From Rhodospirillales bacterium (GTDB lineage Bacteria; Pseudomonadota; Alphaproteobacteria; Acetobacterales; Acetobacteraceae), in the NCBI GenBank assembly GCA_947460455.1, contig CANHKG010000002.1, forward strand, positions 2,004-66,003: a stretch of DNA of 64,000 bases. The letters run 5' to 3'. The notes under the pieces were generated by a model that was given only the letters and a program-made list of their open reading frames with translations, made no database searches and was not told the DNA's origin. Position numbers and translations under genes: made by a program. Position 1 is the first letter of the stretch, and each line of letters begins with the position of its first letter. Positions 35,490-44,306 of this stretch are shown here, one piece after another.

Positions 35490-36288
35490 GGGCGGCCTCC
35501 GCCTGCAGCGCCGCCCGGGCGAAGGCATAGGCGGGCCAGGGGCCGGTCAGCCGCACGGCAAGCCCGGACGGTGCCAGTTCCTCGGTGAGGGCGGCGAGCC
35601 ATGCCTGGACGAGGGGCGAGGCGCCGGCATCGGTGGGGGCGAGCACGCTCCAGCAGGGCGATCCATCCCGCTGGCGCTCGACCAGCACCGGCCAGCCAGC
35701 CGCCTGCAGCAGCGCGGTGATGCGCGCCTCCACGCTCGCCAGATGCTCGACGCGCGCGGCGACTTGCGCCTTGTCGATCCGTTTCGCCATCAGGAAGGCG
35801 GTGCCGGCGCCGGCATTCTCGGCCTGGCGGGTGAGGCGTTGCAGTTCGGCGTCGTGATGGGCAAGCCAGGCGGCGTGGCGGGCCGGGTCGGCGCAGATGG
35901 AGAGGCACCACTCCGCATGACCTGCCATGCGTGCGATCCCGTCGCGCATGGCGGCGGCGCGCGGTCGCAGCCACCCTGACAGCCGGTCGAGGCTCGAAAA
36001 CAGGGTTCCGAAACCGAGTGGCAGGCAGGCCTGCCGCGACGCGGCCGCGGCGACCACGGCGTGATGCGCGGCGGCGCGTTCCGCCATCCAGTCGGGATCG
36101 TCGGTGCGGTTGCCGTCCTGCCCGTCCTCGAACAGCGCGCGGGGCACCAGGGTGGCCAGGACATCGACCGTCCCGAAGGAAATCGCGTCCACCGTGGTGC
36201 CCGGAAGCAGGCCTGGAACATCCGGCGCCGGCTGGCCCGGGGCGATGACGGCATAGACATACCAGGCGCGGTCGGTGTGCGCGGTCAT
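35482..36288 (-). CDS. gvpL: GvpL/GvpF-family gas vesicle assembly protein
   Basis: ..AWYVYAVI.. start, ..HHAVVAAAASRQACLPLGFGTLF.., ..LTGPWPAYAF.. ATGA overlap with the upstream gene. Confidence 0.85.
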   Translation of the reverse strand: MTAHTDRAWYVYAVIAPGQPAPDVPGLLPGTTVDAISFGTVDVLATLVPRALFEDGQDGNRTDDPDWMAERAAAHHAVVAAAASRQACLPLGFGTLFSSLDRLSGWLRPRAAAMRDGIARMAGHAEWCLSICADPARHAAWLAHHDAELQRLTRQAENAGAGTAFLMAKRIDKAQVAARVEHLASVEARITALLQAAGWPVLVERQRDGSPCWSVLAPTDAGASPLVQAWLAALTEELAPSGLAVRLTGPWPAYAFARAALQAEAAHV

Positions 36289-37316
36289 GCCGCATGCTCC
36301 ACAACCTGCCCCGCCACCGGCGCCAACTCGGGCAGAACAAGGCGGTAGCCGGCCTGCCGCACCAGGCTGCGCAAGGTCCTCGGCGCGGCCCGCAGCAGCG
36401 GGCGGAGCAGGCGATAGGCCTCGGTGATCTCGGTGAAGGCCTCGGTGGACGCCGGCTGGCCGGGGCGACGGTCTGGATGGGCGGACGCGGCGAGGGCCCG
36501 CCACTGGCGATGCAGCAGGGTGATATCCACCTTCTCCGGCAGGCCGAGCACGCGCCAGCTTCGGGCGATGTCCCCAGCCTCAACGCGGGTGAGCCGGACC
36601 GGGTGAAAGCTGACCGGCGGCATCGGCCCGCGCAGATCGGCACTGGCCCCCGCCACCTGGGCCGGCGGCAACTGGCCGAGCGCGGCCTCGATCAGGTTCT
36701 CCCGGCCGCGGGGGACCAGAACGGTGGTGGTGATCTCGGTCTCCCCGCCCGCAGTGGACCCTGGCGCGATGGCCAGGACATGGCGGCTGAGCGCCTGCAG
36801 CACGACGGCCGAGCGGGCGGCGTGCTCGGCGCGCAGCAGCGCCTGGACGGCCTGCGCCAACAGGGCCGGATCACCCTTCGCGGCGGCTTCCTGCAGGGTC
36901 TCGCGCTGCGTCGCCAGCACCGCCTCGGGCGGCCAGCTGATCACCAGATCCCATTGATGCACGGCCCCGAGCTGGGCGAGCCTGGCGCCCAGATCCTCCC
37001 AGGACAGCTCCAGCAGCGCGTCGATCGCGCTGGTTGGGCAGCAGGCAGCGCCTGGGTCCATCGGCAGGAACGGTCCGAACTGGCAGGCAATCTCCAGCCG
37101 GCGGTGCACCGCCTGCAGCCCGCTGAGCAGGGCCTTGCGGCCGCGGCGGGCAAGGGGCGTCGTCGGCTCATCCTGGATCAGGGCAGCGACCGTCGGGCCG
37201 TACACCGCGCGCAGCGACGGACCCGGCACGGCGGACATCGCCGCGCACAGGCCTTCGATATCCGCGAGGCCGGCAAAGCCCAACAGCCGCGTCGGTGCCA
37301 TGTTCACATCCGCCAT
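36285..37316 (-). CDS. GvpL/GvpF-like protein fused to a C-terminal J-domain
   Basis: The N-terminal 270 aa are GvpF/L-like (..HRRLEIACQFGPFLPM.., ..LRGPMPPVSF). The C-terminus ..WRVLGLPEKVDITLLHRQWRALAASAHPDRRPGQPASTEAFTEITEAYRLL.. matches a J-domain including HPD. AGGAGG RBS. Confidence 0.8.
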   Translation of the reverse strand: MADVNMAPTRLLGFAGLADIEGLCAAMSAVPGPSLRAVYGPTVAALIQDEPTTPLARRGRKALLSGLQAVHRRLEIACQFGPFLPMDPGAACCPTSAIDALLELSWEDLGARLAQLGAVHQWDLVISWPPEAVLATQRETLQEAAAKGDPALLAQAVQALLRAEHAARSAVVLQALSRHVLAIAPGSTAGGETEITTTVLVPRGRENLIEAALGQLPPAQVAGASADLRGPMPPVSFHPVRLTRVEAGDIARSWRVLGLPEKVDITLLHRQWRALAASAHPDRRPGQPASTEAFTEITEAYRLLRPLLRAAPRTLRSLVRQAGYRLVLPELAPVAGQVVEHAA

Positions 37317-39400
37317 GATCGTCCTCCTGAGTGTTCTTGCAGTGCCACATCGAAATCGGCCGGGGAGACCACCGGCTCCGCCGCTGCCGGATCGCGCGAG
37401 AGCGACGCGAGGGCTGCCAGGCGGCAAATGCCGGCGATATCTGCGCCCACGCAGCCTTCGGTGCGGGCCGCGAGGGCCGGGATGTCCACGCCCGCCGCCA
37501 GTGGCATCGGGCGGGTGTGGACCGCGAACAGGGCGGCGCGGCCGGCCTCGTCCGGCACCGGCATTTCCAGCACCAGATCGAACCGGCCGGGCCGCAGCAG
37601 GGCGGGGTCGATCAGGTCGGGGCGGTTGGTGGCGGCGAGCACGACGAGGCCGCCGGGTTGGGTGATGCCGTCCATCTCCGTCAGCAACTGGGCGACCATG
37701 CGTTCCACCGTGGCGCCGGCGCCACTGCCGCGGCGCCCGGCGATGGAATCGATCTCGTCGAAGAACACCACGCAGGGCTGCGCCATCCTGGCGCGGGCGA
37801 AAATCTCCCGCAGCGCCCGTTCGCTCGCCCCCTGCCATTCCGCCAGCAGCTCCGGGCCGCGCACCGAGATGAACCCCGCCTGCGCCGCACTTGCGAGTGC
37901 CCGGGCGAGCAGTGTTTTGCCGGTGCCCGGCCGGCCGTGCAGCAGCACGCCGCGCGGCGGCTTCACGCCGAGCCGGGCGAACCGGCTGGGCTCGGCCAGC
38001 GGCAGCTGCACCGCGCGGATCAGCGTGTCGCGCAGATGGTCGATGCCGGCGACCTCGGCCCAGCTGACATCCGGGATCTCGACGAATACCTCGCGCAGTG
38101 CCGTGGGCGTCACCTCGCGCAGCGCCGTCTCGAAGTCGCCTGCCTCCACCTGCAACGAGCCGAGGTCAGGCGTCCGTCCGGCCGCCATCGCGCCGTCGCG
38201 CCGCAGTGCAGCCATGCCGGCTTCCCGGCACAGGGCCGCCAGATCGGCGCCGACATGGCCATGCGTGGCGGTGGACAGCAGGGCGAGATCGACATCGCCG
38301 GCCAGCGGCATGCCGCGGGTGTGCACGGCCAGGATCTCCCGCCGCCCCTCCCGGTCTGGCGGATCGACGCGGATTTCGCGGTCGAACCGACCGGGGCGAC
38401 GCAGGGCGGGATCGATGCCGTCGGGCAGGTTGGTTGCCGCCAGCACCATCACCTCGCCGCGCTCGGCCAGCCCGTCCATCAAGGTCAGCAACTGGGCGAC
38501 GATCCGGCGTTCGACCTGCTTCTCGCTGGACAGCGCATCGCGCTTCTGGGCGATGGCGTCGATCTCGTCGATGAAGATGATCGAGGGTGCCTGCTTGCGG
38601 GCGGTCTCGAAGGTGGCGCGCAGCTGCTGTTCGGAGGCACCGTAGTATTTGTCGACGATCTCCGGCGCGTTGATGGTGATGAAGTGCGAGCCGGTCTCGG
38701 CCGCCACGGCGCGGGCGATCATGGTCTTGCCGGTGCCGGGGGGGCCGACCAGCAGCACGCCCTTCGGCGGCGCGATGCCGAGATGGGCGAACACCTCGCG
38801 GTTGCGCAGCGGCCATTCCACCACTTCGCGCACCCGCTGCACAACGCGGCCGAGGCCGCCGACATCCTCGTAGCGCGGGCCGGCGCCGGGTTCGCGGGCG
38901 GCTTCACGCGGGCGGACGCTGATCTCCACCGCGGTGGCCTCCGCCAGCACGCACGGACCGTCTGGTGCGATGGCGAGCACGCGCAGCTCGGCCTCGCGCC
39001 CGTTGGTCAGGGCCAGGCGAAACCGCTCGCCGAGGCAGAGCGGCACGCCCGCGAGACCGCGCTGCACCATCGCGGCGGTGATCCCCGCCGGCGCCTCAAT
39101 CCGCAGTCGCTCGGCCGCTTCCGGCGGCGCGTGGAGAGCAATCTGCGCCTGCCCGCCCACGACCAGGCCGGCATTCGCGCGCGTTGCCGTGTCGATGTGC
39201 AGCAGGCCCTGGCCGCGCAGGGCCGGGCGCTGCGGTAGGGCGCGCACGAAACTGGTGCTCTTCCCCGTTACCGCCAGCAGGGTGCCGGTGCTGCCGCCGA
39301 GCGCCTGCAGGGCCGCCGGGTCGATGCGTGCCACGCCGCGGCCGGCATCCTCGGCGGTGGCCTGGGCCACGGCGAGGCTGAGGGCGGGCTCAGGCCGCAT
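37304..39400 (-). CDS. CDC48/VCP-like double AAA+ ATPase
   Basis: 698 aa. Two Walker A boxes (GPPGTGKT, GRPGTGKT), two Walker B boxes (IIFIDEID, VVFFDEID) and an N-terminal CDC48-N-like region. Confidence 0.88.
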   Translation of the reverse strand: MRPEPALSLAVAQATAEDAGRGVARIDPAALQALGGSTGTLLAVTGKSTSFVRALPQRPALRGQGLLHIDTATRANAGLVVGGQAQIALHAPPEAAERLRIEAPAGITAAMVQRGLAGVPLCLGERFRLALTNGREAELRVLAIAPDGPCVLAEATAVEISVRPREAAREPGAGPRYEDVGGLGRVVQRVREVVEWPLRNREVFAHLGIAPPKGVLLVGPPGTGKTMIARAVAAETGSHFITINAPEIVDKYYGASEQQLRATFETARKQAPSIIFIDEIDAIAQKRDALSSEKQVERRIVAQLLTLMDGLAERGEVMVLAATNLPDGIDPALRRPGRFDREIRVDPPDREGRREILAVHTRGMPLAGDVDLALLSTATHGHVGADLAALCREAGMAALRRDGAMAAGRTPDLGSLQVEAGDFETALREVTPTALREVFVEIPDVSWAEVAGIDHLRDTLIRAVQLPLAEPSRFARLGVKPPRGVLLHGRPGTGKTLLARALASAAQAGFISVRGPELLAEWQGASERALREIFARARMAQPCVVFFDEIDSIAGRRGSGAGATVERMVAQLLTEMDGITQPGGLVVLAATNRPDLIDPALLRPGRFDLVLEMPVPDEAGRAALFAVHTRPMPLAAGVDIPALAARTEGCVGADIAGICRLAALASLSRDPAAAEPVVSPADFDVALQEHSGGRSWRM

Positions 39401-39665
39401 CCGCCGGCTCCTCGGCTGCCGTGCCGGCCTGGATGGCGCGCATTTCCATGAGCTCCTCCAGCAAGCGGGATTCCTCGGCCTCGAACGCCTCCTCGGTGAT
39501 CTCACCGTTGTCGAGCTGGCGTTCCAGCAGCCGCAGCGCCTGCTCGATGCGGGCGGGATCCAGCATCTTCTGCAGTGCCTGCTCGGCCACCTGGCGGGCG
39601 ATCCATTGCAGCGCGCCCAGCGGGCCGGCCACGGGCAAGGCGATGAGGGAGCCGAGGATGCTCAT
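39390..39665 (-). CDS. gvpG: Gas vesicle protein GvpG
   Basis: 91 aa. ..PVAGPLGALQWIARQVAEQA.. then ..LERQLDNGEITEEAFEAEESRLLEEL.. is typical GvpG. ATGA overlap with gvpF. Confidence 0.85.
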   Translation of the reverse strand: MSILGSLIALPVAGPLGALQWIARQVAEQALQKMLDPARIEQALRLLERQLDNGEITEEAFEAEESRLLEELMEMRAIQAGTAAEEPADAA

Positions 39666-40435
39666 GCCTGCGCCGCCCCCATCTGCCAATCGGCGCGCAG
39701 CTGGACGAAGTTGTAGGGCGGCACCGGGCCGACATAGCGGAACACCATGCGGCCTTCCCGGCTCTCTGACAGGCTGCGCATCCGCGCGTCGAACTGCGGT
39801 TCGTTCGCGCGGGACACCAGGAAGGCGCGGTTGAGCACCATGTCGTCGTCCAGCGTCTTGAGCTCGGCTTCGCGGTCGGCCAGGGGAGCGAGCTCGGCCA
39901 GGATCGCCTCGGCATCGGCGGTGCGGCGCTTGGCCAGCGCCTGCTCGATCTGGCGACCGAGCTCCACCCGCTCGTAGTAGGTTTCGCTGGCCGGGCGGTC
40001 GCGCAGGCGATTGCGCAGCCGGGCCAGATTGGCGTCGGAGGCGATGATCTCCGCGAACACCACGCCTTCGCGCCAGCTTGCCTTCACGCCAAGTTCCACC
40101 TTGCCGTCGATCGCGGCCATCGCCGCGGTGAAGGCGGCCTGGTTGGTGGTGATGCAGGCATTCAGCGCCGCCTCGCCAGGCGCCACCGTGCCGAAGCGGA
40201 CGGGCAGCACCGTCGCCTGCGTCATCACGCGCTCCAGCAGGGCGGTGTGCGCCAGCAGGTTGCGGCGGGTCTGCGCGACCTCGCCCGGCTCGACGGCGCT
40301 GACCAGCGCCTGCAGGGCACCTTCGCCGCGCAGGGTCACGGCCGCACCGCCGACGCCGGTGCCCCAGGCGGTGGGGTCGAGACGCTGGCCGGCGGCGACG
40401 AGGCCATAGACGTAGAAGCGTTCCGGGGTGGTCAT
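39662..40435 (-). CDS. gvpF: Gas vesicle assembly protein GvpF
   Basis: ..RFYVYGLV.., ..NLLAHTALLERVMTQATVLPVRFGTV.., ..MVLNRAFLV.., ..YVGPVPPYNF.. ATGA overlap with the Hsp20 gene. Confidence 0.88.
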   Translation of the reverse strand: MTTPERFYVYGLVAAGQRLDPTAWGTGVGGAAVTLRGEGALQALVSAVEPGEVAQTRRNLLAHTALLERVMTQATVLPVRFGTVAPGEAALNACITTNQAAFTAAMAAIDGKVELGVKASWREGVVFAEIIASDANLARLRNRLRDRPASETYYERVELGRQIEQALAKRRTADAEAILAELAPLADREAELKTLDDDMVLNRAFLVSRANEPQFDARMRSLSESREGRMVFRYVGPVPPYNFVQLRADWQMGAAQA

Positions 40436-41028
40436 GCGCGCGTGCTCCGGGCCAGTCGCACTTCGAGGATGCCGTTCTGGAAGCTGGTCTGCAGGCTTTC
40501 GGGCGCAACCGTGGCCGGGAGCACCAGCGACTTGCGATAGGCCCGTGCACCGGCGGCCTCGATCAGCAGCGACAGCCCGTCCAACGTGCAGCGAACCGTG
40601 GCGGGGTCGGCGCCGGGCAGTTCGGCGACGACGATGATGGCGTCCGCCTCCTCGAAGATGTCGGTGATCGGCTGGCGGGAGGCCGGTTGGCTCGCCTCCG
40701 GCGATGGCTTGGCGGTGCTGTCCGGCACATCGCCGAAGCGCTCGGCAGAGACACCGTCCGCGCCCATGCGCAGGGTGTAGCCGAACACCATCCGGGCATC
40801 CTTGCCGCCGACCGAGAAGCCCTGCTCCGTACGGCCGTCGCCGCTTGCGCTTTTGGCGGCGTCGGCGAGTTTTTCCACCATGGATTGCAATGCCTCGACG
40901 ATGCCGCCGACGCCGGCGAAACCGCTGGTGTCCTTCATCGCGGCGGGGTCGGAGGGTTGCTCGGCGCGGTCGCGTTCCGAAAGCCGGCGCGCCACGCTGA
41001 AGCCGTGTCGGGGGGGGCGAAGTGCCAT
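40432..41028 (-). CDS. Hsp20/alpha-crystallin-domain protein (GvpH-like)
   Basis: C-terminal ACD ..DIFEEADAIIVVAELPGADPATVRCTLDGLSLLIEA..YRKSLVLPATV..SFQNGILEVRL.. AGGAGG RBS. Confidence 0.8.
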   Translation of the reverse strand: MALRPPRHGFSVARRLSERDRAEQPSDPAAMKDTSGFAGVGGIVEALQSMVEKLADAAKSASGDGRTEQGFSVGGKDARMVFGYTLRMGADGVSAERFGDVPDSTAKPSPEASQPASRQPITDIFEEADAIIVVAELPGADPATVRCTLDGLSLLIEAAGARAYRKSLVLPATVAPESLQTSFQNGILEVRLARSTRA

Positions 41029-41037
41029 GCCGACCTC

Positions 41038-41340
41038 CTATTGCCGCGCCGTGGCGGCGATGGTGTGCTCGAGCTTGGCGATCCGTTCGAGCAGGGCGGC
41101 ATTGTCGGCCTGCAGCTTGGCGGAGCCGGCGCCGTTCAAGGCGGCATCGTTCTCCCACCAGCGGATGCCCATTTCGAGGGCGCGATCGACCGAGGCCACC
41201 ACCAGGCGGATGCGCACGGTGAGCAGTTCGACGCCCACCAGGCTCACCGAAATGTCGCCCGCGACGACGATCCCCTTGTCGAGGATGCGCTCCAGGATAT
41301 CCGCCAGGCCGGAGCCGCCGACGCTGTGTTGCAAGGCCAT
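41038..41340 (-). CDS. gvpJ: Gas vesicle protein GvpJ (GvpA family)
   Basis: ..GLADILERILDKGIVVAGDISVSLVGVELLTVRIRLVVASVDRALEMG.. plus a C-terminal extension. Confidence 0.88.
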   Translation of the reverse strand: MALQHSVGGSGLADILERILDKGIVVAGDISVSLVGVELLTVRIRLVVASVDRALEMGIRWWENDAALNGAGSAKLQADNAALLERIAKLEHTIAATARQ

Positions 41341-41393
41341 AATGGGTCCCCTTTTGGGAATGGCGCGTGGATGAGGCGCGGTGGTGCCGCGCG

Positions 41394-41648
41394 TCAGCCC
41401 TGGCCGCGAATGAAGCGGCCGGTGCGGTGCCAGCCGGTGACCTGGCCATCATCGGCGAGCGTCACCTCGTAGCTCGCCAGCAGGTCTTGCGTGCGGGGGA
41501 TGGAGCGGTGTTCCAGCATGTCCATGCTGACCGTCCAGCCGCCTTCCGACCGGTCCAGCCGGCTGATCGCGTCTGGGCTGAGGCCGGTGATGGCGGTCAT
41601 CTGCCGTTTGGCCTCTTCAACCAGATTCACCAGCGCGTTCGTGCTCAT
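41394..41648 (-). CDS. gvpO: Gas vesicle protein GvpO
   Basis: 84 aa. ..AKRQMTAITGLSPDAISRLDRSEGGWTVSMDMLE..YEVTLADDGQVTGWHRTGRFIRGQ matches the GvpO pattern. Confidence 0.75.
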   Translation of the reverse strand: MSTNALVNLVEEAKRQMTAITGLSPDAISRLDRSEGGWTVSMDMLEHRSIPRTQDLLASYEVTLADDGQVTGWHRTGRFIRGQG

Positions 41649-41666
41649 CGTCTGTCTCCCTGTTGA

Positions 41667-42119
41667 TCAGCCGCGCCACTTGCCGGGTTGCGGCCGCAGG
41701 CCGGTCCGGCTTTGCAGGGCCGCCCATTGCCGCCCGGCCTGCGGTGCCGGCAGGGGAAGGTCGGCGGCGGCCACACGCGACGGGGCGGTGCGCCCGGTGC
41801 GCGCCACTGCCGGCGCCGGTGCCGGCGGCTGGATCGGTTCGGGCGGCGCTTCCAGCCCGGGGCGCAGGCTTGGGTCGAGCGCGTCTATCTGCTCCACCAG
41901 CCAGGACAGGCGGCGCTGGAGCTTGGCGAAGCTGCTTGTGGCCGCCTGCAATTGCTGCTCCAGCAGCTCGATCTGATGGGACTGGCGCGCGCGCCGCTGC
42001 GCCAGCAGGGCGAACTCCGCCGCGAGGCTTTCGATTTGCCGCTGCCGGGTGTCCTTGCGGGAGGTGCGCGTGCCAGGCGGGCGGCTGGCCATGCTGCGCG
42101 CGACGGGGCGGGGCATCAT
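41667..42119 (-). CDS. Hypothetical coiled-coil / Pro-rich protein within the gvp operon
   Basis: 150 aa. Basic N-terminus, heptad region ..QIESLAAEFALLAQRRARQSHQIELLEQQLQAATSSFAKLQRRLSWLVEQIDAL.., Pro-rich tail. The start overlaps the gvpN stop. Confidence 0.55.
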   Translation of the reverse strand: MMPRPVARSMASRPPGTRTSRKDTRQRQIESLAAEFALLAQRRARQSHQIELLEQQLQAATSSFAKLQRRLSWLVEQIDALDPSLRPGLEAPPEPIQPPAPAPAVARTGRTAPSRVAAADLPLPAPQAGRQWAALQSRTGLRPQPGKWRG

Positions 42120-43117
42120 GCCGCGACTCCTTGCCGGCTGCGGGCGAAGGCGGGGTCGGCGCCGCAGAAGTGATCGATCAACTGGATCAGCAATTGGCGC
42201 TGCTGCGGATCGGGCAGCCCGTCCCCGTCCGGCTTCAGCTTGCTGCCCAGCACATCGAGGCAGAGTTGAACAAAGCGCGGCTCGTCGGAGGCCACGCGCA
42301 GCTTCATCTCGCCGGCGATGCGCGCGATCATGATGGAGGCGCGCAGCGTTGGCCGATGCGCGTAGGAGCGCGAGGCGCGGAAGTCGCGCACCGTGTCGAC
42401 GATTCGCCCGGCATCGCGCGGCGTGAGGCCGGAGCGGGCGGCGACGATGGCAATTTCCGTGTCACGATCGAAGCTTTCCAGATCGAGCGTAATCATCCGG
42501 TCGGTCAGCGCGTCCTGCGCCAGATTGGTGCCGACGTGATCGGTGGGGTTGGAGGTGAAGATGGCGCGGAACTGCGGGTGCACCGGCAGGTAGCTCTCGC
42601 CCCGTCCGGCCTTGGCCAGCACCAGCAGCCGCTCTTCCAGCACTGTCAGCAGCACGTTGTTGGCACTCGGCGGGGCACGGTTGAACTCGTCGTAGACGAG
42701 GGTGCCGCCCTCCATGCAGGCCACGGTCAGCGCCCGGTCGAGCCAGACGGCATCGGTGTGGCTCTCTACCTTCGTGACGCTGCTGATGTAGCGGTCCACC
42801 ACGCGCTTGGTACGCTTGATCTCGTCACCGCCGACAAGCCGGCGGGTGTCGAAGCTGGCATCGCCGACCAGCAGCACGATCGGCCGCTTGAGCTGCTCTG
42901 CCACCCGCAACGCCAGGCTGGTCTTGCCGCTGCCGGCCGGGCCGCGCAGATGCAGGGGGTAGCCGGCGCTGAGATAGCTCAGGGCGCGGCGCTCCAGATC
43001 GGCAATCGCCTCCGAGGTTGCGATCTCTGGATTCTGTACGAGATGCCGCAGGGCCGGGTCTGTTTCGTCGGCCGGGATGGCGGGCGGGCGATCCGCCGGG
43101 GTGGTGAGCCGCGCCAT
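42116..43117 (-). CDS. gvpN: Gas vesicle AAA+ ATPase GvpN (CbbQ/NirQ/NorQ/GvpN family)
   Basis: 333 aa. Walker A LRGPAGSGKTSLA, Walker B ..GTLVYDEFNRA.. Typical GvpN length and position. Confidence 0.88.
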   Translation of the reverse strand: MARLTTPADRPPAIPADETDPALRHLVQNPEIATSEAIADLERRALSYLSAGYPLHLRGPAGSGKTSLALRVAEQLKRPIVLLVGDASFDTRRLVGGDEIKRTKRVVDRYISSVTKVESHTDAVWLDRALTVACMEGGTLVYDEFNRAPPSANNVLLTVLEERLLVLAKAGRGESYLPVHPQFRAIFTSNPTDHVGTNLAQDALTDRMITLDLESFDRDTEIAIVAARSGLTPRDAGRIVDTVRDFRASRSYAHRPTLRASIMIARIAGEMKLRVASDEPRFVQLCLDVLGSKLKPDGDGLPDPQQRQLLIQLIDHFCGADPAFARSRQGVAA

Positions 43118-43121
43118 GCTG

Positions 43122-43841
43122 TCAGCCTCCGTTCATGTCGATGGAGAAGCCGCGCTTCCAGGCGGAGCGCAGGGATGTGAGGCTGGCGGGGTCATCCGCC
43201 CAACCGAGAAACAGGTCGCGCGCCGCCCGCAACTGCGGACCCGCGCTCGACAGAAACGCCTCGCCCAGAACGCCACCGGATGCGCCCAAGCGTTCGGCCG
43301 CAAAGCCGGGGCGCTGCGTGGCATCGAGGGAGGCGGCGACGAGGTCGCACGTTCGCTGCGCATCGGCGCTGGGATGCACGCCGGTGGCGAGATAGCCGCA
43401 GGACGCCCCGAAATCCGTTGCCAGCGCGTCCCCGATGCCGAGTTCCCCCGCCATCGCCTGGCACATCGCAGCCAGGGTGCGGGAGACACACGCAGGGTCA
43501 TGCGGCGCGGGGGCGGCGATGGCGACGCCATCGCGCCAGCACAGGAACGGGATCTGGCTCTGGCCGAAGCGTGGCTGCAATCCGAAGGCGAAGACATCGA
43601 GCGGCAGCGGCCAGTGCCGTGCGCCATCCACAAGGACGCTGAGAACGGATTGCCACAAGGCCTGGAACGCACCCAGCGCACCGCGGAGGTCCGGCTGAAG
43701 CACGATGTCCGGGCGGCTGCCGTCTCGCAGCAGGATGCGACAGGGGAGCCCCACGAGATCGCGAAGGTCGGAAGGAAGCGTCAGCTCAATGCTTCCGCTG
43801 CCCTTCCCGGATGTTCTGATCTGTCGAGTGCCGAGCAACAT
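43122..43841 (-). CDS. Hypothetical protein with AbrB/SpoVT-like N-terminus; first gene of the gvp operon
   Basis: 239 aa. ..GKGSGSIELTLPSDLRDLVGLPCRILLRDG.. resembles a swapped-hairpin AbrB-type motif. The remainder is unrecognised. Stops 4 nt before the gvpN start. Confidence 0.5.
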   Translation of the reverse strand: MLLGTRQIRTSGKGSGSIELTLPSDLRDLVGLPCRILLRDGSRPDIVLQPDLRGALGAFQALWQSVLSVLVDGARHWPLPLDVFAFGLQPRFGQSQIPFLCWRDGVAIAAPAPHDPACVSRTLAAMCQAMAGELGIGDALATDFGASCGYLATGVHPSADAQRTCDLVAASLDATQRPGFAAERLGASGGVLGEAFLSSAGPQLRAARDLFLGWADDPASLTSLRSAWKRGFSIDMNGG

Positions 43842-44271
43842 CTGGTTCGATAACCTCGTTGGCTAGCACGGAACCTAGCAGCCAAAGATTAATCAAACCT
43901 CGCCAAAGCCTGATGCATTCACGGTTGTTAAGACTCAAACTTTGAAATCGGCTGCGGCCGACGCAGATCGACAGACCATTGATATTGCATATGGTCGATA
44001 AAATGTGAGGGTATACAGGCCTGGGTGCGGCGAGCCCTTGGGTGGTGAGGACAAGGTGGCTTTGTTTACGTCTATTTACTTAATATTAACAAATCGATAA
44101 AAAATGAGATTTTGCCGATCATGCCCAACCGGCCGCCTGCCGCCTGTCGAAAACAGACAGCCAGTTGAGCCGGATCAAAAATGAACGCTGGTGAGGGCCA
44201 CGTCCCTCTGGACCATGCGGCCTGGGGGCAGGAGGCACTGCATCTCCCCGGTGCGATCCAGGGGCTCGGCC

Positions 44272-44306
44272 CCTGGTGGGTCTGGGCGGAGTCCAGACCC
44301 ACCAGG
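44272..44306. terminator. Perfect 14-bp stem-loop downstream of the minus-strand SBP gene
   Basis: cctggtgggtctgg-gcggagt-ccagacccaccagg, 40 nt past the stop at 44346. There is no clear U-tract. Confidence 0.5.

Noticed and set aside
32401-38645. 985-aa and 783-aa plus-strand ORFs across the 849-aa protein, gvpK/S/L and the AAA+ gene
   Set aside because: These are antisense GC-frame artefacts (G/R/A-rich with no motifs). The minus-strand frames give recognisable Gvp and AAA+ proteins with RBSs and coupled stops and starts.
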